Shown here in pieces: positions 12,263 to 26,250 of a DNA stretch of 64,000 nucleotides (its first letter is position 1; every line of letters begins with the position of its first letter). The stretch covers positions 22,196,001 to 22,260,000 of the forward strand of contig OZ336874.1 of the NCBI GenBank assembly GCA_965287045.1. The letters are read 5' to 3'. Both the position numbers and the translations under genes were made by a program. The notes beneath the pieces were generated by a model, which worked only from the letters and a program-made list of their open reading frames with translations, did no database searches and had not been told where the DNA came from. The stretch is from Carcharhinus amblyrhynchos. Lineage: Eukaryota.

Positions 12263-13223
12263 ATAAGTTTACACACATGTTCAAGTTTCTGTTTTTTGGG
12301 CTTGAACATCCAACTCACGGGTGAGTCACAAAGATGCCAAAGATGACATCTGAAGATGACATTACTAAGGCTACAATCAGATCTGAACAAACTTACGTTT
12401 ATTGCAATGAGGTCTTGAATTGTCAGCGGTAATAATCAAAACAATTGATTACAGTAGTTAATGCACCTCACCCAATTTTACAATTGGGGCTGGGCTTGGC
12501 TTGATTACACTTTTACCTTCAATCTCTCTGAGCATCATCATCTTGTTTGCATCAAATTAATTTACAATCCTTTGATATTTGGTGACATCAAATGGTATCC
12601 GTTTACTCAACAAAAATCCAGGAACCTTTGAACATTTCCATTTATGAGTTAACTTCCACCTTCTATGAAGTACATGAGTACAGCTCATAAAGATTAACCT
12701 CAAAGGTTTCCCAAGAACATCATCTTTGGAAGATTCCATGAAACCAAGTCAATAAACTATTGATTATAAATGTACACAGGAAAGCACAAGGCACTGAAAT
12801 ATTGCAAAAGACTGTCTTATGGTTAGACTCTGCTCCATTATATCTGTGCCAATTATACTCCTTTAATTTTTTAGTGACTTAGAATAATTGATTAAATGTA
12901 GGTATTTTCACTTCGAAAAGATTGGCTGCCAGCAAACCAAATTCAACTCCGACTTATTTTTGCCAGTGCAAGAAATGGCACCTCAGATCATATAAAAAGA
13001 CTAACATCGGTTATTCTTGTGGAATGAAGTAATGATAAAAGTTAATCATGTCTTTTATGACATTCAGCACGCTCCTGGTCTCTATAATTCTGTGTGTGTA
13101 CAAAAGAGGAAACATTTTTTGAATTGTTTAAATTTGCTTGGTCCCTTTGTTCCCTGGAAAGTATTTCTTAGCCTGAATGGTGAAAACCATGGCGGTTGCT
13201 TAAAGCACATGGAGATTAATCAT

Positions 13224-13543
13224 AGGCTCATAAACGCCCTACAATGCAAAAGGAGGCCATTCAGTCCATCAAACCTGCACTGACAACAATCCCACCCAAG
13301 CCTTATCCCTGGACCCACACATATTTACCCTCCTAAAAGCCCTGACAGTAAGGGCATGTTTTAGCATGGCCAATCCATCTGACCTGCACATCTTTAGGCT
13401 GTGGAAGGAAACCGGAGCACCTGGAGGAAACTCATGCAGAGGGAGAACATGCAAACTCCACACAGTCACCTGAGGCTGGAATAGAACCTGGGCCTCTGGC
13501 GCTGTGAGGCAGCAGTGCTAACCACTGTGCCACAGTGCTGCCC
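13224..13543 (-). mobile_element. HE1-like V-SINE, tail type A
   Basis: Full head gggcagcactgtggcacagtggttagcactgctgcctcacagcgccag on the minus strand. Confidence 0.9.
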
Positions 13544-14333
13544 AGGCTAGGATTGTTCTACTGATGGTGAGAGATGAAAAAGATACAACATAACTTCACA
13601 CAATTTGTTACTCTTTGATGAGATAGTTCAGATTATTTACTATCAATGAATCTAGGTTATAATTTAACATTTATTTTTAAAGAATAAATTAATTTGTTTG
13701 GCATCTAAACCCTATGTCATGGCCTAATGTAACATTATTTTGTTTCCTTCATTTGTAAAGAAAGAGTAAAAGAGTACGACTAATTAGATCCCTCATCTGA
13801 GGTGCCAGTGCAAACTTAATTGGCCCAGTGATCTCCTTCTGTGATGTTCTATTCCATCAGATAAACAAAATGGTAAAACTAATAAACCAAAACAAGATGA
13901 AGTGAGGCTTCCGTTCAACACAGAGCCACATTAAAGCTTTACCTGGATATCTGTCCACGCAAAGACATTCCCTGGGACACAGGGAGCAAATGATCACATC
14001 TGGGAGCGATCGGAAATTGAGCTCCCAAGAAACTAGAGCAAAAAGTAAACAACTTGCAAAGCATAGCTGATTAAATTCAAAATTAGCTAACATACCAGCT
14101 AAGTGTTTTGAGGAAAACTACTAAAATACTTTGTAAAGAGTGTTTCAATAATTTACATGCGACTATATGTTTTATTTGAATTCATTTGTAGCATTGTGCT
14201 GAAGCATACTTCTGAACATTTGCCACAAGACAGGTTTAATTTTATGGTTCCTGCACTAACGTATCAGTCAGATGCACAAGAACATGCTCTTTTTTAGCCA
14301 GTGATGACAACAAATCTTTCTGTGGTGAATATT

Positions 14334-15050
14334 AGGGTGGATGGATTACCCGTATCCCCCACCCTGACTTAAAAGTTGATCAACACAATGCTGATGTGAA
14401 AGCTGGCTGCTCCCATCAATTATACGCTATAGGGACCTTAATTAGCTGAGAGTATGCATTCAATTCCTCAGGGACCGGGAGTCCTACTTTAGTGAGCTGT
14501 TGACCAATCTGACAGTCTGACAGATCTGCAGTCCCAGCCAAACCAGAAGTCAGTAGTAGCCACTGCTGGAAGTACAACCAGTCCTCAGAAAGATGTTCCC
14601 AGGTACCAGGTAAATCCAATGATTTTGGGCAGGCATGGCTGGGAGATCCTGGAAAGTGGATGGCGGTGGGGGAAGGTTGGAGAGGCTGGGGAAGGGACGA
14701 AGGGAATGCCTCCAATGGGCACAGAGGACTCCCCAAAGGAGGTCACCTCCTTCATGTCTACCAGCTGCCCATGCAGTGAAGGCTGCTGAGCTCACCATCA
14801 ACTGCCAACTGAAAATTGTGGTGGAAGTGGAATTAAGGTCCTTAAGTGGCAGTTAGTTGTCTACTTAAGGGCTTCAAAAGGCCATGGGGCGGATGGACAG
14901 ACTGTTGCATTATCCACCACAACCGCACCCCCTTCCTGACCATAATACAAAGGAGGGGTCAGACTGGGAGGGGAGGTGGTGCCACCTTTATTTAATGTGC
15001 ACCCTGACCTTCAAATGCACCATGGAGAGGGGAGATGCAGAAATATCACC
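14334..15050. mobile_element. GC-rich decayed non-autonomous DNA-transposon-like repeat
   Basis: Abrupt GC-rich block with degenerate inverted termini (gggtggat.../...atatcacc) and internal ccttaattag/cttaag motifs. Family not identified. Confidence 0.4.
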
Positions 15051-15959
15051 TCGACATGGAGGACACTCAGTAAAGCTATGAATAAACAACATATTCGGCA
15101 AGAATCTCTGGCCTCCTAGCAAAGCTTTTCTCTATATGTTCATCAGCTTTAAGTTGCTTAACATCGAAGAAGAATCTGTGAGTCAGCAAGGTAATTTGAG
15201 AAAGCTTGCTTTAATAAATGGTTTGAATGATGACTTCTGCTAATTTATTTATGAAGTCACTCATAGGTACCCAGCGCAGAGCTGCAGACATCAGCTTTCT
15301 AGGAACCTCAAGGGACCGACTGTGGTTACATAATCCTCGACGATTTAAGAGCATCATTTCACGCAAAGGCTTTCAGCAAGTTTTCCAGCCCTACTTAGAG
15401 CAGAAGAATCTTTTTTAGTGCAGCATTAAAGGACCTGATACCACGATGCAAACATGCATACAAACACTGGATTTTACATGACCCTTCCTGGGTGTGTTTA
15501 CTGTTGGGGGGTGGGGGGGATGCAGTTAGAATGGGGCTGGTGGCCATCTCACCGCCTTCCTGCCCACCTCTGATCCAGACTCCATAACATACGCAGCTCC
15601 TGAATTCAGCAGCCCATCTGCCGTATTTAAATTTATTGGTCAATTAGGCTTATTATCAAATCTGTTGACCTGAATAATACATTGCCCAGGCCAAATAACA
15701 GTTAGCATGGGCAGAGTAGGCAGGCTTTCTGAGGCCTACATGAAAAAAAGGTGAGAAAGCGCAGGGAGGCACCTCACCCTGTGGTGCCCTGCATGCATTG
15801 GGTCAGCCTCCCGAGATGTCATCCCCTTTTTCTCGTGCCACTTCCCCTTACTCCCTGCTCTCTGAGCACTAGGGACCCTCACAATCCTTAAACCCCAGGA
15901 CTGGCGTATTATTATAAGCCATGATCCTCTGTATGTTTCTTGCTGCAGTCCCAAAAGCA

Positions 15960-16315
15960 CCCATGGCTGAGCTCAGGCACTCCAAGACTGATGGATTTGC
16001 ATACCAATCAGCTAATGTTCTGGGGACATGGGTTTGAATCCCATCATGGCAGGAGGTGGAATTTGAATTCAATAAAAAAAAATCAGGAATCAAGAATCTA
16101 CTGATGACCCTTGTCGATTGTCAGAAAAACCCATCTGTTTCACTAATGCCCTTTAGGGAAGGAAATCTGCCATCCTTATCTGGTCTGGCCTACATGTGAC
16201 TCCAGGGCCACAGCAACGCAACTGACTCTCTACTGTCCTCTGGGCAACTAGGAATGGACTGAAAAAAAATGGCCAGTCAGGAACACCCATGTCCCATGAA
16301 TCAGTAAGAAAGAAA
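15960..16315 (+). mobile_element. tRNA-derived SINE (same family as 9295), nested in a GC-rich repeat at ~15465-16500
   Basis: gggtttgaatcccatcatggcag...gggaaggaaatctgccatccttatctggtctggcctacatgtgactcc. Confidence 0.8.
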
Positions 16316-17489
16316 GATTGAGTGGCAAGCCTTGAGGACAGGATTTCCTTTCACTGAGAGAGAAATGTCCCACTGTGAAACAATCTAGCCTGCCCACAGC
16401 AGGGCAGGCTTCCTCATTGCTGGCCTCCAGCCCAGTTTCCTTTGGACTAATTTTACAGTTGTAACCTTTAACTCCAGAAATAAACTTCAGTGGAAAATTA
16501 GGCCATCACTAAAATGAGTTGTAATAAATTTCAAGCTTCACCATCATTAGGGAAAAAAAATTCTTCCCAAGGTTGTTAGGTTTTCTCTATTTTCCATGTA
16601 TAAACCTTGTCAGTGAATGAGGGGGTACTAATGTACTATGAGGATCATCACTGCCAAGTTCAATCAATTCTTCAGCTAACGTCTCCAGGTGCGTCCATCC
16701 TATACAGGATAGTTATCATGGATAGGATTCTTGGCCAATTTCCTCTGTCTATCCAAAGATACTGAGGTCAATTGTCCGCAATCCCCGGCTGAGATCAATT
16801 AACTGGGAACAAATTGGGAATTGACCCAGAACAATCCTGGTTTGCATGGCTCGGCTACTCACTGAGTAAACATTCTGAAGTGCAGGAAGCATAAAAATTA
16901 AGATCAAAGGATTGTGCTGTGGTGAGAATTGTATATATTGACACCGAACAGAATGACTGGACACTTTTGCCTGTAATAAAACACTATTATACAGACTCTC
17001 AAGCTGGTTAACTACTCTTCAAACATTATTGTTAGAAGCCATCCACTTAATCACTATCTGGAAACCACATGCACATCTGTAAAATTAATAGTCTTACACT
17101 TGATGCATGCCCATAGGGTGTGGGAAATGTTTATAAGGCGTGAAGCATGATAAATGGCACAAATGACCCATTCACTAAAAATTAATCAATCAAGGCAACA
17201 CTATCTGTTAAGAGAAGCATTTGAACCGATTATTATCTATGAAATGGTATTTGGAGTCAATAAAAATGGAACCTCTGCAAAAATTGCTCATAAAAATCTT
17301 TTGTAAGAAAACCCATTCACTAATAACAAAGCAAATGAACAAACTGCAATCATGAAAAATCAGATCTTCTCAGGGAATGAGTGATAGTAATGGGAACAGA
17401 AACAAACACCAGAATCACAAAGCCACATATACCAGGAGAGGGGGATGGACAGGCCGGGTGTGTTTTTCATTTGTAAATCGATGGCTTTG

Positions 17490-17840
17490 GGATTGTGTAA
17501 GAGAGCTCTTTAAAATGGAAAAGGTTTTGATAAAGTTCCATGTTTCCTTGTGGAGAGAACAGTAAAGATAGAGGCCACTATTCTAAAGACACCAAGAAAG
17601 CAAAAAGGGAATTCAGAAGTAACTTCTTTACCCAGGGGATGGCGAGAATGTGGAATTTATTAGCCAAAGCAGTGTTTGTGTCAAACAGTATAAATGCATT
17701 TATGGGGCGGTTAGGTAAGCAGATGAGGTTCTGCTAACAGAGTTAAACAAATGATGGGAAGTGGTTCGAGTGGAACATTAACGCTGCATGGATTGGGTGA
17801 GCAGAATGGCCTGTTTTCAAGCCATATATTTTGTATAATT
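17490..17840 (+). mobile_element. CR1 LINE 3' fragment
   Basis: ORF 17540 (RGHYSK...FRSNFFTQGMARMWNLL) resembles a CR1 ORF2 C-terminus; tail gaatggcctg. Confidence 0.75.
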
Positions 17841-18429
17841 TTGGAAGATGACGGAGTTCATGAAACATCACTGATTCTCATTAGATTTATTCGATCGTAG
17901 CGTTCTTGCATTTTGCAGAATGGTATTCAGTGCACAATACCACCACAATATCTCAATATCTTAATTTCTTCCTCAGTGTAGAATCCTAAAACTGCAGTGT
18001 TGACACGTTATGGAACCTGTGGCAAATTTACACAAGGAAACAATAACACTGCCACAAAGAAAGAATATCAAAGGAGTACTGGGGTTCCAACTATGCGTAG
18101 GAACAATCTAAATGGATTTGTGAAGATATTTTTGATTCAGTATTTTGAGTAAGATTGCACACGTGCCCTAAAATATACATGATTTCACAATAATTATCAC
18201 ACAAATAATGTTTATGATATTTACAGTTTTTATAATATGTTTATGATATTTACAATATCGCTGCATTATAAAACATTTTAGATAGTTATGGAGTAATAGG
18301 GCCAGATTTGCTTGTCACGGGCAGGAAACGGGAGATGGAAATATAATCCAACCCCACTCAGCAGCCATTTAATTTGGTGCCCCCTCCAATCAAGACATTT
18401 ACAGGGCCTCGGGGAGACCACATCAAGAG

Positions 18430-18980
18430 CACTGTGTGAAATTTTGGTCTCCTTATCTAAAAAAAGGGTATATTTTCCAGAGAGGGAATGCAGCAAACGT
18501 TCACCTGACCGATTGCTGGGATGACAGGATTGTCATATGAGGAGAGATTGGTCCTGTATGTACTGGAGTTTGGAGTTTGAAGAATGACAGGGGATCCAAT
18601 TGAAGTGTGTACAATTCTGATAGAGCTGGACAGGATGGATGCAGGGATGTTGCTTCCTCTGGCTGGCAGGGGGAATCTAAAACAAAGGGGTCACAATCTT
18701 TGAGCTTGGAATTGGCCGGGATTTAGGACTGAGATGAGGAGAAACTTCTTTACTAAAAGGGTTGTGAGCATATTGAACTCTCTACCACAGAAGGCTGTGG
18801 ATGCCAACTTACTGAGTGCATTCAAGAAGGAATTAGAGAGATTTCTAGACTCTAAAGACATCAAATCGTTATGGGGAGAGCACAAAAGTATGGTGTAGAG
18901 ATAGAGAATCAGCCACGATGATATTGAATAAACCGAACGACCTAGTCCTGCCCCTAGTTTCTACCATTCTGTTGATTCTA
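18430..18980 (+). mobile_element. CR1 LINE 3' fragment
   Basis: tttggtctccttatct...gagatgaggagaaacttcttt...atcagccacgat. Confidence 0.85.
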
Positions 18981-19254
18981 TAAGCCACAGTTTTGTTAAC
19001 CAGCCCTTAACCCCCTACCTTGTCAAACATCCTCATAAAATCCATGTTGACAACATCCGCCGCATTCCCTTCATCAACCTTCTCTGTTACTTTATCAGGA
19101 AATTCAATTAATTGGTCAACCATGATCGGTCTTTATAAATCTGTGAACAGATTATGCTCTTTTTTGTGAGATACATCAGATGTCAACAGGTTGCTATAAA
19201 TTTATAATTCAAATTGAAGGTTTCCCAGCACATTTGTCAAGCGTGAATAATGAA

Positions 19255-20625
19255 TTTGACCAAGTCAAAGGCATTAAGGAGTTTCAGCAAATCTGGAGTC
19301 AATGGGAATCAGCAGGATGACTATCCACTGGTTGTAGTCATACTCAGCATAAAGGAAAATGGTTGTGGTTGTGGGAGGCCAATCAACAAGCAGCAGGGTA
19401 TTGCTGTAGGAGGTCCTCGGGACCCAATTATCTTCAGCTTCTTCAGCAATGAAGATGACCTTCTTTCCATCATAAAATCAGAAGTGCGGATGTTCACTGC
19501 ACAATGTTAAGCACCTTTTGTGACTCCTCCGATACTGACGCAATCCATATTCACATGCAGCAAGATCTGGACAACATTCTAGCTTGGCTGATGATCGGTA
19601 AGCAGTATTTACACCACAGAAGTGCCAGGTAATTACTGTCTCCAAGGAGAGAGAATCTAACCATCTCCCTTGACATTAAATGTCATTAATATTGCTGAAT
19701 CCCCCATCATCAACATCCTGGGGTGGTTAGACCGGACTAGCCATAACATTTTGTGGCTAAAGGAACAGGTGAGAGGGTGGTTTTTGAATGGTGAGTAACT
19801 CACCTCCTGACTCTCCAAAGCCTGTTCACCATCGACAAGGTATAAATTGGGAGTGTGATGGAATACTCCACTCGCCTGGATAAGTGCAGCTTGAGCAACA
19901 CTCAAAAAACTCAACACCATCCAGTACAAAGCAACCTGCTTGATCAGCACCAACCTAAACATTGAAGCCCTCCACGACCAATGCACAGTTACAGCAGTTT
20001 TTACTGTATACAAGGCGTAAGTAAACAACTCACCAAGGCCCCTTCCAAACCTACAACCTATAACAGCTAGAAGGACTAGAGTAATCTGGGAAGACCGCCA
20101 CCTGAAAGTTCCCTCCAAACCACAAACCATCCTAATTTGGGACTATATCGCCATTCCTTCACTGTTGCTGCATCAATACTCTGGAACTCACTCCTTGAGC
20201 TCATTGTGGGTGAAATAGACGCAATTCAAGAAGGCAATTCACCACTGTTGAATAATGGGTTAAAAGTTATGCTAATGAGGGAGTGATATGCATCAAGATG
20301 TAACGGTGGCGTCAACAGTCACATGCAAGAGACTGACAAAAGATGGAATGTTCCGTACAAGGGAGAGATGCATTTATCTTGAAACTTAGAATGTACTATA
20401 AAATAAATAAAAGAGTTTTTGAAGAAACATATTGATGTTAGACCAAAGTTACTCATATGTAAAAGGAAACCTTCCCAATGTAGCACAGGCCAGAAGTTAC
20501 CAAAAGAGAGAGACAAATATAATTCAAAGTGGAAATCAAATCAAAAAGCAACCACTACCTTCTCAAGGAATGGACAATAAATGTTTGCCTTGCCAGCCTC
20601 ATCAATATCCAATGAAAGAATTTTT
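19255..20625 (+). mobile_element. CR1-group LINE 3' half, interrupted by a solo LTR
   Basis: Decayed RT motifs (PIIFSFF.ND...SEVRMF), ctcaacaccatccagtacaaagca, tail caataaatg...ccaatgaaagaat. Same family as 57685-60110. Confidence 0.8.
20246..20550. mobile_element. Solo LTR (305 bp) with 5-bp TSD
   Basis: accac|TGTTG...AAGCA|accac. Removing the insert restores the CR1 sequence ttcaccactaccttctcaagg. Internal AATAAA at ~20402. Confidence 0.8.
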
Positions 20626-23289
20626 TAAAAAGCTACCTTTTTTTTCAATTCTGGATTATCAGAATAAAATTACATCCTTTAGCTAATGAGTTAGGGCCCT
20701 CAATACTGATTTATGGCTTAACCACAGCTTAAGTCTCATATCAAAAGTTCATTTTTAAGACCACCTGCAGATTTTAAGCAGTTATCTAGTCTGACTTGAG
20801 CAGATTTAAACAATAGGGGGAAAATAGATGCTGCCTCTTTAAATAGCGTACAATAATTATCATACTTGACAAAGAATGAGATGAGAGGAACTTCAAATCA
20901 TAATAGGAGCTGTTTTTATGCATATGAATATGAACTCCAATAAGTATAAAAAGATGTAGCTTATATTTGATAATTAATGTTGTGACATCGTTTTGAATGC
21001 CCTATTATAAGTACATCAAAGTGTTCTTTGAATTTACGTGCCTTCCTAGCCCACATTTCCCTACCTCTCTAATAAAAGCACAAAGTCATCCCAATAGGCA
21101 AATTATTGTAAAACCTTAGAACCAACTAAAGTGTTGCCATAGAAACTGTATTTAAACAGCATTCTCATCTGAAGTTTGTGAGCAATAAATGGTGAAATAT
21201 ATGCAAGGCAGAAGCGCTTTCAAACAACTATTATATAAAGATGTTCTGGAGAGTTTAAAAGTGTAGAATTTACCTATGAGCTTTGGTGACTGCCTAAAAA
21301 AAAACTTACTGAACAAACCCATATTGCACTCTGCCACCCTGACAAAATCCAACCTACCTTATCATGCAACAGCAGAAAGAAAGGTTCTCAATGTCATGCT
21401 ATCCCCATCCTGTGCAAGCAGGCGACTTATGTGCTGAAAATGACCAGAATCCTTACACTTTAATCCAACATATCAATGGATAAACACGGGGGGGGGGGGG
21501 GGGGGGTGAAATCAGAAAACAGCTGCATTTCAGTATGAACGTAACACTTGAAACTTCAAACAAAATGACGAATCAAACTTGAAAAAAGGCCCCCTGAATT
21601 TCTCAAAAATCAAGTTCAAGAAACATATTTCAAATTCACACTGGGTAGATACCCATTAGCAAAAAAAGGATTTTAAGAGCTCAAATGGTTGAAGGAAAAT
21701 GATGAATATTCATTTAGCTAACAGTTGAGGACATTTATTCTGGTTTAACCTCATAATCTCGTCCGAATAAAAACTCTCGAACAGGTCAGTGATTTTCCAT
21801 TACTGATAAGTTTTATTTATTAACAAGTCAGAGGGAAAAAAGCTGTGCTTTGAACGTGGAAATGGTGAAAACAGTCAAGAAGGAGTAAAGGAAAGACAAA
21901 AGTTGTGACACAACATTGACAAAGCTCATAATAATCCCTTATCATAATGGTTCAGTGTGGTTGTCCTGAGCCCGAGAGAAAGTGGGAAGCGCTTGCTGAA
22001 AGCAGCTTAAGATAGAGACCATAAAATTTAACCACTGTGGTTGTGGTTTCCTCAAACCTCAGACAGATAGAGAGTTAAATGCCTAAAAAGCCATAGAGAA
22101 ACATTAATTATTCCAAACCCAAAAGAATGTACAGTTTTGAATATACCCTATAATTCCCATTGGTCATGCTGTGGCATATTTTATAAGTCAGGGTTGTAAA
22201 TAAGAGATATTTTTGTTATGCTCATACTTTTTACATATGGTTGTAATTATGATCGTCAAACTGTGGCCATGTCTGCGTATCAGAGAGAATCTGCCATGAC
22301 AGAACCAGAGAATCTCTGACCAATTTATGAAATTAGTAGCATGGAGAAAAAAATAAGAAAAATATTGTCCTGGCCTGAAATGCAGTTAATATTATTTAAC
22401 AAGTTTCTAATTGACATACTGTAGCATTTTACCCTGTGGCATTCCATTGTGAAACACAGCCTTTCCAACTTGTTTGCTCTGCATTAACACAGAAGAATGC
22501 CACTGCAGTTACAAGAAACCATTGAAAGAATTAGGATTTATAGGATCCAAGTCCATTCCTTCCTGTTGTACTCCACTTGCTGTGTAGCATCTGGAAGGTT
22601 TCCAAAAACAAATAAGTTATATAAAACTTTATTACTGCAAAACCACTAAACGAGGTGCATTTCCTTTAACACTTACCTTTTGCCGACAGTTAACATGGCA
22701 GAAGTATTCTTTTTCTCTACAGGAAATTGTTTGTTTCCATTTGTATTTTAACAACTTAAGAGGAAAAAAGTTACGTTATTAAAAGAATTATTAAGGTCCT
22801 GATGCTTCTCAATTCATAGCACCATGCAGGTACTGATGATCAAACTCATAGAATTCCTTAAGTTTCTCTTTTCTCATCTTTTCCCAATAAATTATTCACC
22901 ATGGAATCCATACTTTGTTCCACATTTTAAGAATAATGGTAAACTAGGTGGGACATGCACCTCATTTAGAGGTGCAGGAACCATCATTGCTTATCCCATC
23001 TTCTCACAGCACAATATAGGGGCCCATAAACGTGAAAAGATTTTCTTTTTCATGCATTGAAAATAAACTGTTAAAGAACTGAACATTTTGGGATAGTTCA
23101 TTTCAAATATTGAATGCATTATGCTTGATGCTATGGATTTAGCATTTGGCTCAAGAGTTCCAAGTTCTACTCAATAAGCGATAGGCAAATAAAACTAATT
23201 ACGATTACTCCATTTGAAAAAGACAATTATCAAATTCACTTGTAACATGAAAACAAACAAGTCACTTCCCTAATGTATGCATACATAAT

Positions 23290-23595
23290 AGGGCAGCATG
23301 GCGGCACAGAGGTTAGCACTGCTGCCTCACAGCTCCAGGGACCCGGGTTCAATTCTGGCTTTGGGTAACTGTCTGTGTGGAGTTTGCAAGTTCTCCCCGT
23401 GTCTGCGTGGGTTTTCTCCAGGTGCTCTGTTTTCCTCCCACAGCCCAAAGATGTGCAGGTTAGGTTGACTGCCTTTGCTAAATTGCACCTTAGTGTCAGG
23501 GGTCTAGCAGGGTTATGGCAATAGGGCCTGGGTGGGATTGTTGTCACAGCAGACTCATTGGGTTGAAGGGCCTCCTCCTATTGGGATTCCATGAA
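23290..23595 (+). mobile_element. HE1-like V-SINE, tail type A
   Basis: gggcagcatggcggcacagaggttagcactgctgcctcacagc...gggttcaattc (A and B boxes). Confidence 0.9.
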
Positions 23596-23997
23596 CTTAT
23601 TATTATCACCTGCCTTAAAATCAGTTATAGTTGCAAAAGCCCAGAAGTAGGAGATATTTCAGTACACTTTCTATGTTACAATAGTCACAGCACCTCAATT
23701 CATTGGTTATAAAGCATTTTGAGACATCCTAATGTTAGAAAGGAACTTTCTTTCATTCTCAATTCCTTCTGCAGTTACTCTATTTAAACTTCAAAAGTAA
23801 ACTCTAGCATATTAACGTAAAGAGCAAGGCGACCTAAATAATAGGCAATATCGGGATCACGTTTCACAACATGAATATAGCCACAGTGGGTTTTTTTGTT
23901 GGTTAAATATAGGAAGTAATAGGACAGTCTATACATTGAACGGAACAAACGAGCTGTGGAAAAAAAGAAAGCAAACAATAAAGACACTTGTGATCTC

Positions 23998-24160
23998 CAG
24001 AACGATAGGATCCCTACAATACAGAAAAAGGCCATCCAACCCATTGAGTCTGCACCGACTTTCCGAAAGAGCATCCTATCCATGCCCTTCCCCGAGACCC
24101 TATCCCCATAACCTGCACATTTACCGTGCCTAATCCATCTAACCTGCACATCTTTGGACT
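23998..24160 (-). mobile_element. HE1-like SINE 3' fragment
   Basis: ccctacaatacagaaaaaggccat...aacctgcacatctttggact; head missing. Confidence 0.75.
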
Positions 24161-24451
24161 CTTTGATAGTTAGCAAACAAAATAATAGCAGATTTGTTAA
24201 ATGAGCATTTTGCATCCATTTACTAAGTGCAGGAAAAGAAACAAATACAATGGAACCTAAAGAAAAAGAGAGAGAAACTTAATGAATTTAATGCAAGTTT
24301 TTCTAAAGAAATAATGACAAGAGAAATACTTAAGAAAAAGAATAAATCTCCTGGGTCTGACAGTGACAAAGCCCAGGTTATGTAAAGAGATAGGTGTTGA
24401 AATGTCTGTTGCATTATCTCTCAATGCCCAAAGCTTCCTATATTCAGGAAT

Positions 24452-24733
24452 TCATAGAAGCTCTGCAGTGCACAAGGAGACTATTCGGCCCATCGAGCCT
24501 GCACCGACACCAATTCCACCCAGGCCCTATCCCCATAATCCCACATATTTACTCTGCTAATCCCTCTGAGCGTGGCCAATCTACCTAAGTCGCACATTTT
24601 TGGAGTGTGGGAGGGAACCGGAGCACCCAGAGGAAACTCATGCAGAGAACTCCGCAGTCACCCAAGTCCGAAATTGAACCAGGTCCCTGGTGCTGTGAGG
24701 TAGCAGTGCTAACCACTGCGCTGCCATGCCACC
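24452..24733 (-). mobile_element. HE1-like V-SINE, tail type A
   Basis: Head and tail motifs as in the other copies. Confidence 0.85.
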
Positions 24734-24734
24734 C

Positions 24735-26250
24735 TTTAAATTGGAAAAACTATTATCCACTACTTCAGAAGGAAGGGAGAGTTAAAGTAGACCTGCTGCT
24801 GTAATATCAGTTATGGGCAACATACTGGAACTTATCATGAGAGACAGATTTGAACCTCCTCCAAAGATTCCCTGCATCACAGATGTCAGTCTTCTGCCAA
24901 TTCGGTTCACTTCATGTGATATCAAGACAGCTACGGGCCTTGACAGCATTCTGGCAGTCACACTGAAGATTTGTTCTCCAGAACTTGCCGTTCCCTTTAC
25001 CAAGCTGTTCCAGGAAACTGGCATCTATCCGGCAATGTGGAAAAATGCCCAGCTATGCCCCATCCACAAACAGGGCAAAGCTAACCCAGCCAAGAACCAC
25101 ACAATCAATCTAGCCTCAATCACAAACAAAAATGTGGAAGTGTGAATGGCAGTGCTACCAAGCAACACTCCTTCATTAATAGCCTGATCACTAACACTCA
25201 GTTTGGGATTCAAAAGGGTCACTTAGTTCCTCACTTCTTTATAGTCTTGGTTCAAGTAGCTATAATTAACAGGTGAAGTGAGGCCGACTGCCCTTGACAT
25301 CAAGGCAGCATGTGACCAAATGTAACATGAAGGAGCCCAAACCAATCTGCAGTCAGTGGAAATTAGGGGAGGGCTTTCCACTGGTTGGAGTAATACTTTG
25401 GATAAAGGAAGATGGTTGCGGTGATTGTAGGTCAATCATCTCAACTCCAGGACTTCACTGCAGGACTTCCTCAGGGTAACGAAAGAAAGAGTAGGACCTA
25501 TTAAGGACCACAGTGATGAATTGTGTGCAGAACCAGATGACGTAGAAAGGATTCTAAATGAATACTTTGCATCAGTGTTCACTAGTGAGGGAGATAACAT
25601 GGGTTTAGAAATCAGAGAGAAGGACTGCCATACAATCAAAGAACTTAACAAAGACAGAGGGGAGGTTTTAAGTGGTTTGACAGGCTTAAAATGGATAAAT
25701 CTCCAGGGCTGCATGAAATGTAGCCCAGATAATGGGGTGAGGAAGGGGAGAAAACAGCAGTGACGCTGGCAATCATTTTCAATTCCTCTCTGGCCAACGG
25801 AGAGGTGCTAGGGGATTATAGGACAGTCAATTTGATACCATTATTCAAGAAGGGAGGTCAGGATCAACCAGGAAATTACAGGCCAGGCAGTGTAACCTCT
25901 GTAGTGTTCTCTTGTAGACAATTTGTGCTAAGTGATATTCATTAAAAAGCGTTCAGCAGGTCAGGCAGCAGCTGTGGGGAGAACTAGGCAACATAATCTT
26001 AGAATTAGAAATGGGCTTTATAGGAGTGAGATGAGAAAAAAAAACCTTTTCAAACCAATTGAAAATATGGAATTCTCTCCCTCGTATGATTGCGAATGCA
26101 AGGTGAATGGAAATTTTCAGGGCTGAGATTAATAGATTTTGTTGAGTCCTTACCCAAGAGATATGGAACAAAGGCATTGATTAGCCATGATCTAACTGAA
26201 TGATGAACAGGCCTGTAAGGCTGAATGGCAGGTCCAGTTCTAATGCTTCC
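24735..26250 (+). mobile_element. Cluster of CR1 LINE ORF2 fragments from at least two families
   Basis: ORFs 24813 (LKICSPELAVPFTKLFQ..GIYPAMWKNAQLCPIHK), 25521 (ILNEYFASVFT) and 25760 (PLFKKG..PGNYRP.S.TSVV); 3' tail at ~26000-26250. Confidence 0.85.

Noticed and set aside
18206-18258. 30-bp-period repeat atgtttatgatatttaca x2
   Set aside because: Ordinary slippage duplication with no further signal.
23290-23365. tRNA gene-like A/B boxes (also in the other HE1 heads)
   Set aside because: These are SINE heads continuous with the V-domain and tail, not stand-alone tRNA cloverleaves.
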